A stretch of 64,000 nucleotides of DNA, from assembly GCA_963809485.1 (NCBI GenBank), contig CAWEJX010000001.1:256001-320000 (forward strand), given 5' to 3'. The position numbers were made by a program, and so were the translations under genes. A model generated the notes under the pieces. That model saw only the letters and a list, made by a program, of their open reading frames with translations. It was not told where the DNA came from and did not search any database. Below are positions 52,254-62,689 of the stretch, in pieces. The first letter of the stretch is position 1. Each line of letters opens with the position of its first letter. The stretch is from an uncultured Acidobacteriota bacterium. Its GTDB lineage: Bacteria; Acidobacteriota; UBA6911.

Positions 52254-53090
52254 CTACGGACTCGATGGCTCCAGAAGCAGCACGGATACTTCTTCAAGTC
52301 GAATAAGGTCGACTCTCGGTTCCACCTTGACGGATCGAAAAACTCCCTTTCCCTTTTGGGAATCGACTACTTTCCCCACCACAAGCCCTTTGGGAAAAAT
52401 CCCATCCAGGCCTGAGCTCAAAACGATATCGCCCACGGCAACCTGCTCCGTGTTATTGATATAACTCAGATCCATGGGGATATCTCCGGATCCCCTCAAG
52501 ACTCCGGGGGTACGCGCCTGCTCCAGCATCACTCCAACGGAAGCATCCGGATTGGTGATCAGCTGAACCTGGGATTGGTGGCCTGAAGCCAGAACTATTC
52601 TCCCGACAATGCCATCTCCCGAAAGCACGGGCGCGTCGATTTTCACTCCGTCTTTGGCCCCCCGGTCTATATAGATCACGTTGGCCAGGAAGCTTGGGGT
52701 CCGGGCGATAATCCTTGCCCCCAATGTCCTGTAAGGAAGGCTTTGGTTCAATGAAACGAGTCGCCGCAGCCTGGTATTTTCCTGCCGGGCCCGTTCGTTG
52801 GAGCGGTTCAAGAGAGAAAGCTGGCGCACAGATTCCCGCAGCCTTTTATTCTCCGCACGCGCGCCAACCGTCCAGACATAGCCGGTCCATACATGGCGGA
52901 TTCCATTGGTGATGGCTGATGAGGCTGCCAGAATGGGCGCCTGAGCGGTGAGGGTCCAGGTCTTGAACAAAAGTGTGCCCGATGCCCCCTCGATTTGCAG
53001 AGAGAGAATAATCAACTGCAGAAGCAGCAGCGGTATGGTTACAAGTACCGCGCGCTCCTTGCTCGATTTCGCGGACAGTTCACTGGACAC
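52254..53090 (-). CDS. mreC: Rod shape-determining protein MreC
   Basis: Coiled coil (ENTRLRRL), IDRGAKDGV, GIVGRI and SSGLDGIFPKGLVVGKV. Confidence 0.95.
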   Translation of the reverse strand: MSSELSAKSSKERAVLVTIPLLLLQLIILSLQIEGASGTLLFKTWTLTAQAPILAASSAITNGIRHVWTGYVWTVGARAENKRLRESVRQLSLLNRSNERARQENTRLRRLVSLNQSLPYRTLGARIIARTPSFLANVIYIDRGAKDGVKIDAPVLSGDGIVGRIVLASGHQSQVQLITNPDASVGVMLEQARTPGVLRGSGDIPMDLSYINNTEQVAVGDIVLSSGLDGIFPKGLVVGKVVDSQKGKGVFRSVKVEPRVDLIRLEEVSVLLLEPSSP

Positions 53091-54105
53091 AAATTCTCCG
53101 GAACAACTTTAGGTCGGTCAGCATTTTGCTCGTTCCCAGAACCACGGATGAAAGGGGATCTTCCGCAACAAACACCGGAAGCCCCGTCTCGGAAGCCAAC
53201 CGTTTATCAAAACGCTTCAGAAGGGCCCCCCCGCCGGTTAAAACAATGCCCCGGTCCATGATATCCGCCGATAATTCGGGCGGAGTGCGCTCCAGGGCCA
53301 CTTTAATGGCATTTATTATGATCGCGATGCTGTCACTCAGCGCTTCGCGAATTTCTTCATCGGTGACCGTGATCGTTTTGGGAACGCCCTCAATCAGGTT
53401 GCGTCCTTTAATTTCCATCGTCATCGGCCGATCGAGAGGCGCGGCAGAACCCAATTGCATTTTGATCGTCTCCGCGGTGCGTTCTCCGATGAGCAGGTTG
53501 TGCTTGCGCTTGATGTACTGGATAATTGCGTCATCCATCTCGTTCCCGGCAACTCTTACGGAGCGGCTGTACACGATTCCGGATAAAGAAATTACTGCAA
53601 TGTCCGAGGTTCCTCCGCCGATATCCACGATCATATTGCCGCAGGCTTCGGTGATGGGCATTCCGGCTCCAATGGCTGCCACAATCGCCTGTTCGACAAG
53701 ATACACTTCACTGGCCTTGGCGCGCAGCGCCGACTCCTGCACCGCCCGCTTTTCAACCTGCGTGATTTCCGAGGGGATGCCGATCACAATCCGAGGACTC
53801 AACAGATGGTTGCGGCTGTGGGCTTCCTTTATGAAATACTTCAGCATCACTTCCGTTACGTCGAAGTCCGCGATCACCCCATCTTTCATCGGCTTGACGG
53901 CAATGATGTCGGCCGGAGTTCGTCCAAGCATCTCCTTGGCTTCGCGCCCTACAGCAACAACCTTTTTGTTGTTTTTGTCAAGAGCGACAATAGAGGGTTC
54001 GTTCACCACTATTCCCCGCCCTTTTGCGTAAACCAGGGTATTGGCAGTGCCGAGATCGATAGCCAAATCACTGGAAAAGAAACCAAATAATGATCTTAAA
54101 TTCAT
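53080..54105 (-). CDS. mreB: Rod shape-determining actin homolog MreB
   Basis: DLAIDLGTANT, KDGVIADF, VDIGGGT and VLTGGGALL. Confidence 0.98.
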   Translation of the reverse strand: MNLRSLFGFFSSDLAIDLGTANTLVYAKGRGIVVNEPSIVALDKNNKKVVAVGREAKEMLGRTPADIIAVKPMKDGVIADFDVTEVMLKYFIKEAHSRNHLLSPRIVIGIPSEITQVEKRAVQESALRAKASEVYLVEQAIVAAIGAGMPITEACGNMIVDIGGGTSDIAVISLSGIVYSRSVRVAGNEMDDAIIQYIKRKHNLLIGERTAETIKMQLGSAAPLDRPMTMEIKGRNLIEGVPKTITVTDEEIREALSDSIAIIINAIKVALERTPPELSADIMDRGIVLTGGGALLKRFDKRLASETGLPVFVAEDPLSSVVLGTSKMLTDLKLFRRICVQ

Positions 54106-54110
54106 AATTC

Positions 54111-55508
54111 CTATACGGCGACTTTGATGCTGTTCCTGGAAAGCTCTTTCGCCCGGTACATGGCTGCGTCCGCTTTCTTGATCAATCCTTCAGCTGTGAG
54201 TGTGTGTTTCGGACAATTTGCCACGCCGAGACTCACGGTTAGGCGTATGCTCAAATTGTGGGCAATGAACTCGCACTCTTCCACCTTCTTCCGGATCCGC
54301 TCGGCTATAACCATCGCCCCATTCAAAGGGGTTTCCGGCAGAACAATCACAAATTCGTCTCCTCCATATCTTCCGACCACATCGGATTCGCGCACTATCC
54401 TTCGGAAAACCTGTCCCATCTCCGCGAGGGCTTGACTCCCGACGAGGTGTCCGAAGGTATCGTTGATCCTCTTAAACCCATCTACATCAATGAACAGCAG
54501 CGATACTTTTTTCCTGTAGCGGAGACAACGCTTAACCTCAGATTCAAGATATTGCATCAGATAGCGGTAATTGTAAAGCTTTGTTAAATCGTCGGTTATG
54601 GTAAGCCGTTCCGCGTCTTCAAACATGTCCACGGTCCGGATGGCAATCGAGAGTGGATTGGCGATCATTTCGATAAGCGCCTGGTCCTCCTGAGTGAAGG
54701 CGCCGGTGATCTTGTTGATGAGCTCGACGACCCCGATTTTCTGCCCCCTGCGATGCAGGGGATAGCAGAGAATCGACCGAATAAAAATGCTTTCTTTGCT
54801 GAAGGGGACCTTCAACTCAAACGAATAATTGTTGTTAAGATAGGGCGTTCCGCTGTTCATTACTTTTTCTATAATGGAAACGTTGGCCTGTTGCTCGAAT
54901 AGATCGATATCCTTGATGTTGCCGGTGCTGTAGGCCCTTTGCAGGGTCGTACACCCCTCCCCATAGAGGTAAAGCACGCATTCCTCGGCTTGAACATGCG
55001 AAAGGATCTTGTTGATAAGCAGGCTCATGCCCAGCTTGCGGTCCAGAACGTCCGAAGAAGATTCAACCGTATTCACAAAAGCGTCGAAAAACTCCTGTAT
55101 CTTCTCGGCGCGCCGCTGCACGAGCGCCAGCTCCCTGCGATGAGATCTGGCAAGATCAAAGCCCTCGAAAAGGCTGTGGGCAAGATAAAGGGGCATGGGC
55201 AACCGGACCGCTACAAATCCGTTCTCATCTCTTGACCAGCTCCGGGCCGGCGCTTTGTCCGAGTTCCGGTAACCGACAAGCTCAGCTCCGGGAAACATAT
55301 TGGAGAGATGGCGCTGAATCTCCGGAGCTTCATTATCCAGGGAAAACAGAACAGCCAGATATCCTTTCAGAGGCAAGATGGGACTGCGGAGGACCTCGTT
55401 TTCCGTGAAAAAATCAAATTTCCAGGGCATCCCCTGGAGCGGAGCATCCAGAACAAGCGCTGGCACCCGGTCCCTGTGAATAACCCCGATCCTGGACGGC
55501 TCAAGCAT
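54111..55508 (-). CDS. GAF-domain diguanylate cyclase
   Basis: GAF (RSILCYPL..IGVVELINK..FTQEDQ), TDDLTKLYN, INDTFGH and RESD-x5-GGDEF. ATG 55508 follows the upstream stop codon. Confidence 0.93.
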   Translation of the reverse strand: MLEPSRIGVIHRDRVPALVLDAPLQGMPWKFDFFTENEVLRSPILPLKGYLAVLFSLDNEAPEIQRHLSNMFPGAELVGYRNSDKAPARSWSRDENGFVAVRLPMPLYLAHSLFEGFDLARSHRRELALVQRRAEKIQEFFDAFVNTVESSSDVLDRKLGMSLLINKILSHVQAEECVLYLYGEGCTTLQRAYSTGNIKDIDLFEQQANVSIIEKVMNSGTPYLNNNYSFELKVPFSKESIFIRSILCYPLHRRGQKIGVVELINKITGAFTQEDQALIEMIANPLSIAIRTVDMFEDAERLTITDDLTKLYNYRYLMQYLESEVKRCLRYRKKVSLLFIDVDGFKRINDTFGHLVGSQALAEMGQVFRRIVRESDVVGRYGGDEFVIVLPETPLNGAMVIAERIRKKVEECEFIAHNLSIRLTVSLGVANCPKHTLTAEGLIKKADAAMYRAKELSRNSIKVAV

Positions 55509-55509
55509 T

Positions 55510-56283
55510 CTAATTGTCCCCATCGTGCGGGTCAAAATCATGAGTGGCGGTCAGAGTGCGCTTCTTGCCTGCAAGATTGGTGGCCTTCATGACTATGAAG
55601 GCTTTTCGCCGGGAAGCAGGAAACGGGCTGGTAAAATGTTTAAAGGATCCGTCTCCTTCCACCTCAACCGCTATATCGTTCACCACCAGGCTGGTTCCGG
55701 CGTCCACTTTACCAATCAGCTCCAGACTTCGGCCAAAAGGAATTATGCGCTGCAGCTCCAGGTAGGGCTCCTCCCTACCGGCGCCCGCATGGCGGGGGAT
55801 GGCCTTATTCGCATTCCCCCCCGAATGGTTCCCCCCAAATGCCGAGGAGCCCGATGCCGCATTCCCCAAATCGGGAGGCGCGCTGATATCCATCTGGCTA
55901 TCTCCCGAGCTTCTAACAGTGAAAACCGTTTGTGCCGGAATGGACACGGTGCTTTCATTGGCATACTTGAGGTAAGCGCTTCCTCCAGGCACGGTTTGTA
56001 TGAGATCTCCTTCAACGAGATGGTCTCCTGCCTGGAGCTCCTGCCAGTCTGAACGGAACTGCCGGCGCACCCATACCGTACCGACCGCGGTGACAAGCTC
56101 GGCTGAGGAAGCCTTCACAGACTGATTCACAGTTTTCACTTTCGAATGCCGCGAGCTGAAATCCGGCATCCACCAAATGCCAGCGATTCCGGAGATGAGC
56201 AGAATTCCCAAAACCGCCCATATCCTCCACTTACGGCCTTCTGAAACAAAAGGATGCGAAGAATCGCTTCGGCTTTTCCACAT
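55510..56283 (-). CDS. Membrane-anchored FecR-like / Ig-like hypothetical protein
   Basis: One TM helix; GTVWVRR..WQEL..GDHLVEGDLIQT (FecR-like); C-terminal Ig-like strands ending ATNLAGKK. Start uncertain. Confidence 0.7.
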   Translation of the reverse strand: MWKSRSDSSHPFVSEGRKWRIWAVLGILLISGIAGIWWMPDFSSRHSKVKTVNQSVKASSAELVTAVGTVWVRRQFRSDWQELQAGDHLVEGDLIQTVPGGSAYLKYANESTVSIPAQTVFTVRSSGDSQMDISAPPDLGNAASGSSAFGGNHSGGNANKAIPRHAGAGREEPYLELQRIIPFGRSLELIGKVDAGTSLVVNDIAVEVEGDGSFKHFTSPFPASRRKAFIVMKATNLAGKKRTLTATHDFDPHDGDN

Positions 56284-56563
56284 GTCCCGGCAACCGGCCA
56301 GCTTGTGGCCTATGATCTTCCTAGAGTAACAGCCGCTTGGGGCTGCATGAGAACCGGACACACTGCCCGCCTGATCACCGGCAACAGTGCTCTCCCCTTT
56401 CTCATCGGAAAAGCGAAGGGCATTTATTATATAATCTGGGCAGTAAATAGTAAAATAAAACAAATTAGAGCCTTCGTTAGGCCCGTCCTCCCCCCGGAAA
56501 TTCGCAATTTCGGATCCAGCCGATGGGCGAACGCATATCGCAAAGTGAAGCGAGCTTGGACCG

Positions 56564-56966
56564 AGTCAGGCACCTCCGGCAAAGCCGGAGGCTTGAAAGA
56601 TTTGAACCGCTCAAAGCGGTTGGAGGAGTTACGCCGGTCTTGAACGCGGACTTACGCGGGCAAAAGCCGATGAGGCGCTTCCGATCCCCGCAGGGGCCAG
56701 CGCTCCGCGCTGGACAGTTTTCTGCGGCGGCACTGTGGCAAGCGCCGTGAGGCAAGGAAATGAAGGGTACGAGAAACCGGGCATTTGCCACAGTGCCGCC
56801 GCAGAAAACTTCATCGGAAGCGCCTCATCGGCTTTTGCTCGCCGACCCTCGCCGAACAAATCGGCGTTTGTCAGCGCTTTTATCAGCGTTTCTCAGCGTT
56901 TCAAAATACAGAGCCGTCAAACTCTTTGAGTCCCCCGGCAGAGCCGGGGGTTTACCAATGTAATTA
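56564..56966 (-). mobile_element. Non-autonomous IS200/IS605-type element, copy 2
   Basis: Reverse-complement match to 6110-6508 and direct match to 60364-60767. Confidence 0.82.
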
Positions 56967-57212
56967 CCCAGACCGCATCAGAAGACACTCTGCTGCGCTG
57001 GACCGGACGCTCCTGCCGAAGCTGGCCTCATTTTTTCAAAACTGCGGTTGTCACGTGAAAGTTTTGGCAGAACCCGCGGCCACTATTTTCACTCTTTGCC
57101 GGTTCAAACATACCTTGACCGCACCCGGAATCCGGTATCCTGCATCTTCCATTGAATTCATGTGTTATACTTGCCGTTCCTATTTAAACCGGAATGGAGG
57201 CCACTTTTCCCT

Positions 57213-59135
57213 ATGCTGGACCTGATGCGCCGCAAAAAGCGGTTAAAAATCATTCTTTGGCTCGTAATATTCAGTTTAGCCCTCGGCATGCTGCTATTTT
57301 TTGTTCCAGGGGTCAACGTGGGAAGCGTGGCGACCGATACTACCGCAGCCACGGTCGACGGGCAGCCCATTCCAATTAAGGATTTTGTCAACACATACCG
57401 GAAAGTCGTTGAAAATTACAGCAACAACGGGAAAAACCAAACGGATCCCGAGACGCTTAAAGCCTTAGGCCTCACCAAACAGGTGATGGATAACCTTGTT
57501 ACCGGAAAGATTGTCGAAGTAATAGCCAAACGTCTCGGCATTGAGGTCACGCCCAACGAAGTCCGCCAATCCATACAGACTCATCCGTCCTTGCAGGACC
57601 AGGGAAAATTCATCGGAGTTGAGCGTTACAAGGCTCTTCTTGCAGCCAACAATCTCTCCGTCACTGAGTTCGAGGAAGATGTGCGATATATGAGGCTGGC
57701 GAAGAAGGTTGGCGAAATTATCACCGACTCGCTGGATGTGGGTGAAAAAGAGCTGCGCGATGAGTTCGCGCGCAGCAACCAATCGGCCCAGGTGGATTTT
57801 ATAGTCCTGAAGAAAGAGGACTATAAAAAACGCCTCAAGCCCTCCGAAGACGATCTGAAAGCTTATTTCGACGCGCACAAGGAATCCTATCGTGTCAAGG
57901 AAAAGCGCCGCATCCAGTACCTTATGGTGGATGCTACGCGGCTGATGCCATCCATCAAAGTGACCGAACAGGAAATACTTCAGGAATGGAATCAAACGCC
58001 GCACCAGGACACTGTGGATGCATCCCATATCTTGTTCCGAATTGCGGATCCCGCCAAAGAAAGTGAAGTGAAGGCCAGGGCCGAGGCGGTCTTAAAGCAG
58101 GCCAAGGAAGGGAAGGATTTTGCCGATCTGGCCAAGAAACATTCCGAGGACACGGGTTCTGCCGCAGAGGGCGGCTATCTTGGGCCCTTCCAGCGAGGGC
58201 AAATGATCAAGGAGTTCGAGGATGCCGCTTTTTCACTCAAGGCGGGCGAGATATCCGGCCTGGTCAAGACCGATTACGGCTATCACATTATCAGAGTATT
58301 GCGTCACGAGACTCCGACTCTTGAATCCAGACGGAATAACCTGGCAATGTCGGTGCAGTATAAAAAAGCTCGCGAACTGGCCCAACAAAAGGCAGAAGAG
58401 GCCGCGAGGCTCGCCGAAAAGAGCAAAGACTTGGGACTTGCGGCGAAGAATCTGGGAATCGAAACCGAGATCAAAGAGACCGGTTTGTTTGCAAACGACG
58501 AGGGTGCCTTCCAAATCGGCATTTCGCAGGCCATGCGGGATTATGTTTTCCAAATGAAGGAGATCAATTCCACCGGCAAGGCTTTGGAGAATTCCTCGGG
58601 ATATGCGGTTCCGAAGCTGCTTGAGGTCCAGATGCCGAAACCCGGCAATTTCACAGACGCGAAAAGCCAGGTTGAAAAGGACTATCTGGATTTCAAGGCC
58701 AATGAGCTTGTACAGGCTGACGCCAAAAGGATTTCCGAAGACGCGATCCGGCAGGGGAGCCTGGATATTGCAGCCAAAGCCATGGGATTGGGCGTCAAAG
58801 CGAGCCGCCCGTTCAAATTCTCAGAATCCCCCGATCCTGACATCGGCACGAATTCGGCCTTCAATTCAGCCGCTTTCGAGCTGGCGCCGGGTGCGGTGAG
58901 TCCTCCCATTTCGCTGCTGGAGAACTCCGCCGTTCTCCAGGTCAAGTCCCGGACTGCTATTGACGAGCAGGCATTCCAGAAAGAAAGGCCGGAACTGCGG
59001 AAAAAGCTTCTCCAGGCAAAACAGGAACCCTATTTCCAGGACTATGTCCGCAAGGTTACGGAGGAGTTGGAAAAGGCCGGCAAGATTCGTATCAATCCCA
59101 AAGCCCTTGAGATGTCGCAGACTGGATATTACTGA
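57213..59135 (+). CDS. PpiD-like peptidyl-prolyl isomerase (SurA_N plus parvulin domain)
   Basis: N-terminal TM, AATVDGQPI, ASHILF, FADLAKKHSED.GS...GG.LG.F.RGQMIKEFEDAAF and YGYHII. Confidence 0.92.
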   Translation: MLDLMRRKKRLKIILWLVIFSLALGMLLFFVPGVNVGSVATDTTAATVDGQPIPIKDFVNTYRKVVENYSNNGKNQTDPETLKALGLTKQVMDNLVTGKIVEVIAKRLGIEVTPNEVRQSIQTHPSLQDQGKFIGVERYKALLAANNLSVTEFEEDVRYMRLAKKVGEIITDSLDVGEKELRDEFARSNQSAQVDFIVLKKEDYKKRLKPSEDDLKAYFDAHKESYRVKEKRRIQYLMVDATRLMPSIKVTEQEILQEWNQTPHQDTVDASHILFRIADPAKESEVKARAEAVLKQAKEGKDFADLAKKHSEDTGSAAEGGYLGPFQRGQMIKEFEDAAFSLKAGEISGLVKTDYGYHIIRVLRHETPTLESRRNNLAMSVQYKKARELAQQKAEEAARLAEKSKDLGLAAKNLGIETEIKETGLFANDEGAFQIGISQAMRDYVFQMKEINSTGKALENSSGYAVPKLLEVQMPKPGNFTDAKSQVEKDYLDFKANELVQADAKRISEDAIRQGSLDIAAKAMGLGVKASRPFKFSESPDPDIGTNSAFNSAAFELAPGAVSPPISLLENSAVLQVKSRTAIDEQAFQKERPELRKKLLQAKQEPYFQDYVRKVTEELEKAGKIRINPKALEMSQTGYY

Positions 59136-59419
59136 GCTTCGCTGCAGGGCAGGCATCCATCGGCAGAGCCGTTGGCTGGATCACTGCGGGATCCTCAATG
59201 GAGACTGATCGCGGCCGATAAAACACATAAAAGTTTGGTGCGCCAAAAATACCTTCAGGCATTTTGAACTGCAGAATTTCGAAGTGCTGCGGCTCGACAT
59301 TCGATATCCAAAATTCAGAACATTAGTCTACTTGGCAGAGAACACAGGCAGGGGGCCTGCTCCGGTGTTTGTCAGACCGATGCTGCTTCATCGGAAGAGC
59401 CTGTGGATCTCCCGATGGA

Positions 59420-60103
59420 TCAGGATTCGTGCAGGCTGCCGGCGGCTTCCGGCGCTGCAAGGGACTTGGATGCAGGCGAGGCCTCGGCGACGCGCGGGCC
59501 TGATGGATACGGCTGAGCCTTTTTGCAGAGGGCGAGCGCATACTCATGCAATCTCTCAACAACATCAATGACCTGTTTGAGCTCCACATATACCCGGTCG
59601 ATATCGGCCCGGATTTTTGCAGGGCATGCCGCATTCATGGTAAGCAATTGCGTAAATCCCATCATCACGGCAAGGGGATTATTCAGTTCGTGGCAGATGG
59701 ATCTCAAACAGGCCGAGACCTCCGCAAGGCCTGAATTGTCGCCGCTATCCGGCGACCGCATTATCCCGGTGCTGGAAATCAGCAGGTATCCCGCCACCTG
59801 ATTTTCCTGGCTCAGCAGTGTGGATAAAGCCCCAACCACCTCGATGGGCTTTCCTTCACGCGATTGGTAAACAAGGCCTCCCTCCCAATAGCCCCATTTC
59901 CCTGCAGCGTCCAGTATTTGCGGCAGCTCGAAAGCTGTGTCATCCGCCAGGATTTGAGTAACCGGCCGGTGAAACAGTTCCTGCGGAGTGTAACCCAGAG
60001 TGTTTGCAGCGCGGCTTGATATGGACTTTATTTGATATTCGGGAGATAGAGTGATTGCCAGCCATTGTGATGATCCCCCGACTGATTCGAGCATGCCATC
60101 CAT
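59420..60103 (-). CDS. PAS plus HisKA (DHp) protein lacking an ATPase domain
   Basis: PAS (AANTLGYTPQEL..RPV, WEG, SREGKPI) and H-box CHELNNPLAVMMGFTQLL; the ORF ends without N/G boxes. Confidence 0.8.
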   Translation of the reverse strand: MDGMLESVGGSSQWLAITLSPEYQIKSISSRAANTLGYTPQELFHRPVTQILADDTAFELPQILDAAGKWGYWEGGLVYQSREGKPIEVVGALSTLLSQENQVAGYLLISSTGIMRSPDSGDNSGLAEVSACLRSICHELNNPLAVMMGFTQLLTMNAACPAKIRADIDRVYVELKQVIDVVERLHEYALALCKKAQPYPSGPRVAEASPASKSLAAPEAAGSLHES

Positions 60104-60363
60104 ATTGTTGCTTCCTATCGTCATTTTCACCGTTGTGAGTTAAACAATTTGCACAGAGCGCGCATATCATCGGGCTGGACAGGCGGCACCTTGACCGGTA
60201 CCATCCCGGCTGGGGCTGTTTTCCTGTCGGACAGTTCCGGAGGAAAGATAGGGTGAATTCGCACAGGAGCCTCGCTTGCGCGCTCCATTAGGACCGGCAG
60301 CTGGATCCTGCCTGAAATCGCCATCCGGCCTTTCTCAACAGGATTAGTTGGTGACATGGATAC

Positions 60364-60767
60364 AGTTAGGTACCTCCGGCAAAGCCGGAGGCTTGAAAGA
60401 TTTGAACCGCTCAAAGCGGTTGGACTAGTTACGCCGGTCTTGAACGCTGACTTACGCGGGCAAAAGCCGATGAGGCGCTTCCGATCCCCGCAGGGGCCAG
60501 CGCTCCGCGCTGGACAGTTTTCTGCGGCGGCACTGTGGCAAGCGCCGTGCGGCAAGGAGACGAAGGGTATGAGAAACCGGGCGTTTGCCACAGTGCCGCC
60601 GCAGAAAACTCCATCGGAAGCGCCTCATCGGCTTTTGCTCGCCGATCCTCGCCGAACAAATCGGCGTTTGTCAGCGCTTTTATCAGCGTATGTCAGCGTT
60701 TCAAAATACGGAGCTGTCAAACTCTTTGAGTCCCCCGGCAAAGCCCGGGGGTTTACCAATGTAATTA
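60364..60767 (-). mobile_element. Non-autonomous IS200/IS605-type element, copy 3
   Basis: Near-identical to copy 2; ends about 100 bp upstream of thiM. Confidence 0.82.
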
Positions 60768-60871
60768 TGGCCTTATTGACCCATTCTGGTTGCGCATCGC
60801 GCAGCGACGTATAGCGATCGGATCTGCGGCTGGCTACGCATCAGGATCCGCAGGGCAGGGGGAGGATAAAT

Positions 60872-61675
60872 ATGACAAACGCCAGGATGCTGTGGCGGGA
60901 CATTCAAAGGATACGCGAGGAAGCGCCTCTGATTCATAACATCACCAACTACGTGGTCATGAATACCACCGCAAATGCGCTCCTTGCCATCGGGGCATCT
61001 CCCATCATGGCCCACGCCATTGAGGAGGTCGAAGACATAGTCCGGGCAGCCGGCGCCCTGGTTCTCAATATCGGGACGCTGAGCCCTCCCTGGGTGGACG
61101 CCATGATCAGAGCCGGCCGGGAAGCCAGCCGCAGAAATATCCCCGTCGTTCTTGATCCGGTCGGCAGCGGCGCGACACAGTTTCGAACCTCGACCGCGCA
61201 GAGTTTGATCCGTGAAGCGGCTCCCACGTTTATCCGCGGCAATGCATCGGAAATCAGATCCCTTATACTTTCCGAACAGGCCACTAAGGGCGTGGAAAGC
61301 ATCCATTCATCGGACGAAACGGTTGACGCGGCTCGATCTCTTTCTAGGAATTGCCGTTGTGTCGTCTCGGTGAGCGGCGCAACGGACATAGTTGTCGCAG
61401 GGACCTCGAACTTCAGGATTTCAAATGGACACCCTATGATGGCCAAAGTCACCGGCCTCGGGTGTACCGCATCGTCTATGACCGCAGCGTTTGCCGCCGT
61501 GAACTCGTCGCATTTGAGGGCAGCGGCGCACGCGATGGCTCTTATGGGTATTGCGGGAGAAATGGCGGCTGAACGCTCTGAGGGCCCGGGGAGTCTCCAA
61601 ATGCACTTCCTGGATGCCCTTTACCTCATTCAGGAATCCGATATCGAGCAGCGGTTGCGGATGGAATCTTCTTGA
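60872..61675 (+). CDS. thiM: Hydroxyethylthiazole kinase
   Basis: PLIHNITNYVVMNTTANALLAIGASPIM, NIGTL, LDPVG, RGNASEI and VTGLGC. Confidence 0.97.
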   Translation: MTNARMLWRDIQRIREEAPLIHNITNYVVMNTTANALLAIGASPIMAHAIEEVEDIVRAAGALVLNIGTLSPPWVDAMIRAGREASRRNIPVVLDPVGSGATQFRTSTAQSLIREAAPTFIRGNASEIRSLILSEQATKGVESIHSSDETVDAARSLSRNCRCVVSVSGATDIVVAGTSNFRISNGHPMMAKVTGLGCTASSMTAAFAAVNSSHLRAAAHAMALMGIAGEMAAERSEGPGSLQMHFLDALYLIQESDIEQRLRMESS

Positions 61676-61786
61676 GCTGGAAACCCGGAAACGGGTTCGG
61701 GTAAGGTTCCTGCGAACCATATCAAAGATCGCGCCGGAGCATTCCCCGGCTTAAGCCCGCCCTCAACCGGATTTTTCCGAAGAATT

Positions 61787-62563
61787 TCACAGGGACTTGT
61801 CTGCATTCATGGTACAGATGATCCGAAGGCCGTCGAGAGTCAGCCAGGGCGCGATAATTGAGATGACGTCCGTCTCTCGAGCGATGATTTCCGCCAGGCC
61901 GCCCGTGGCTATGACTTTGGTCGCGGGACCCAGCTCCGCGCAAAAGCGCGCCACCATGCCTTCAACAAGCCCGACGTAGCCGAAAAGGATCCCCGATTGG
62001 AGCGAGTGAACCATGTTTTTCCCTATCGGCGACGGCGGCCGGTGCAGATCTACCTTGGGCAGCTTGGCAGCGCGTTCAAATAGAGCCTCTGCGGCAATCC
62101 CAATGCCGGGAGCGATGGCTCCCCCGAGATAATCCCCCTCCGGCGAAATCGCGTCGAAGGTGGTGGCCGTCCCGAAATCGATGATGCAGGCCGGGCCGCC
62201 ATAAAGCATGTAGGCTGCCGCAGCATCCACGACTCTGTCGGCACCGACCTGCCCCGGATCATCATACAGCACGCGCACTCCGGTGCGGCTGGTTCCCTCT
62301 ATCACGAGCGGTTCGGATTGAAAATATCGCCTGCATGCTTCCGCCACCAATCCGGTGAGAGGCGGTACGACCGAGGCAATGGCAACCGAGTCGACATCAG
62401 CGGCGGAATAACCGGCATGCCGGATAAGGGCCGACATCAAAAGACCGTATTCGTCCGGCATTTTGTCATGGCCCGTGGCCAGGCGCCAACGCGGCCCCAG
62501 TCTCTCTCCCTGGTACAGACCCAGAGTGATATTTGTATTCCCGATATCAACGGCCAAAAACAT
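61787..62563 (-). CDS. coaX: Type III pantothenate kinase
   Basis: AVDIGNT, SVVP, GADR, DFGTATTFD, GGAIAPG and ATGG. Confidence 0.96.
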   Translation of the reverse strand: MFLAVDIGNTNITLGLYQGERLGPRWRLATGHDKMPDEYGLLMSALIRHAGYSAADVDSVAIASVVPPLTGLVAEACRRYFQSEPLVIEGTSRTGVRVLYDDPGQVGADRVVDAAAAYMLYGGPACIIDFGTATTFDAISPEGDYLGGAIAPGIGIAAEALFERAAKLPKVDLHRPPSPIGKNMVHSLQSGILFGYVGLVEGMVARFCAELGPATKVIATGGLAEIIARETDVISIIAPWLTLDGLRIICTMNADKSL

Positions 62564-62576
62564 GATTGCATTCCAA

Positions 62577-62611
62577 ATTACGAACTATGAATGACGAATT
62601 ACGAATTGAAG
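62577..62611. repeat. Heptamer array (TTACGAA/TGACGAA)n
   Basis: aattacgaactatgaatgacgaattacgaattgaa; weak inverted partner attcgaccttcgcaat near 62671. Confidence 0.7.
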
Positions 62612-62689
62612 CCTGCTCACCTGACCTTTGGCGAAAACCCTACTGATCGCCTGACACTTAATCGATGCCAATTCGACCTTCGCAATCCC

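Noticed and set aside
53126-54031. 301-aa ORF antisense to mreB (likewise those opposite clpB, yebC, ligA, rne and mrdA)
   Set aside because: These are codon-bias shadows of highly conserved genes.
56660-56845. Possible CRISPR array (repeated ~30-bp units)
   Set aside because: The units are inverted arms rather than direct repeats with unique spacers, and there are no cas genes in the window.
60768-60871. TPP riboswitch upstream of thiM
   Set aside because: No CTGAGA or ACCTGA..TAAT..GCGTAGG core was seen on either side of the inserted element; only a simple CTGCGG..CCGCAG stem.
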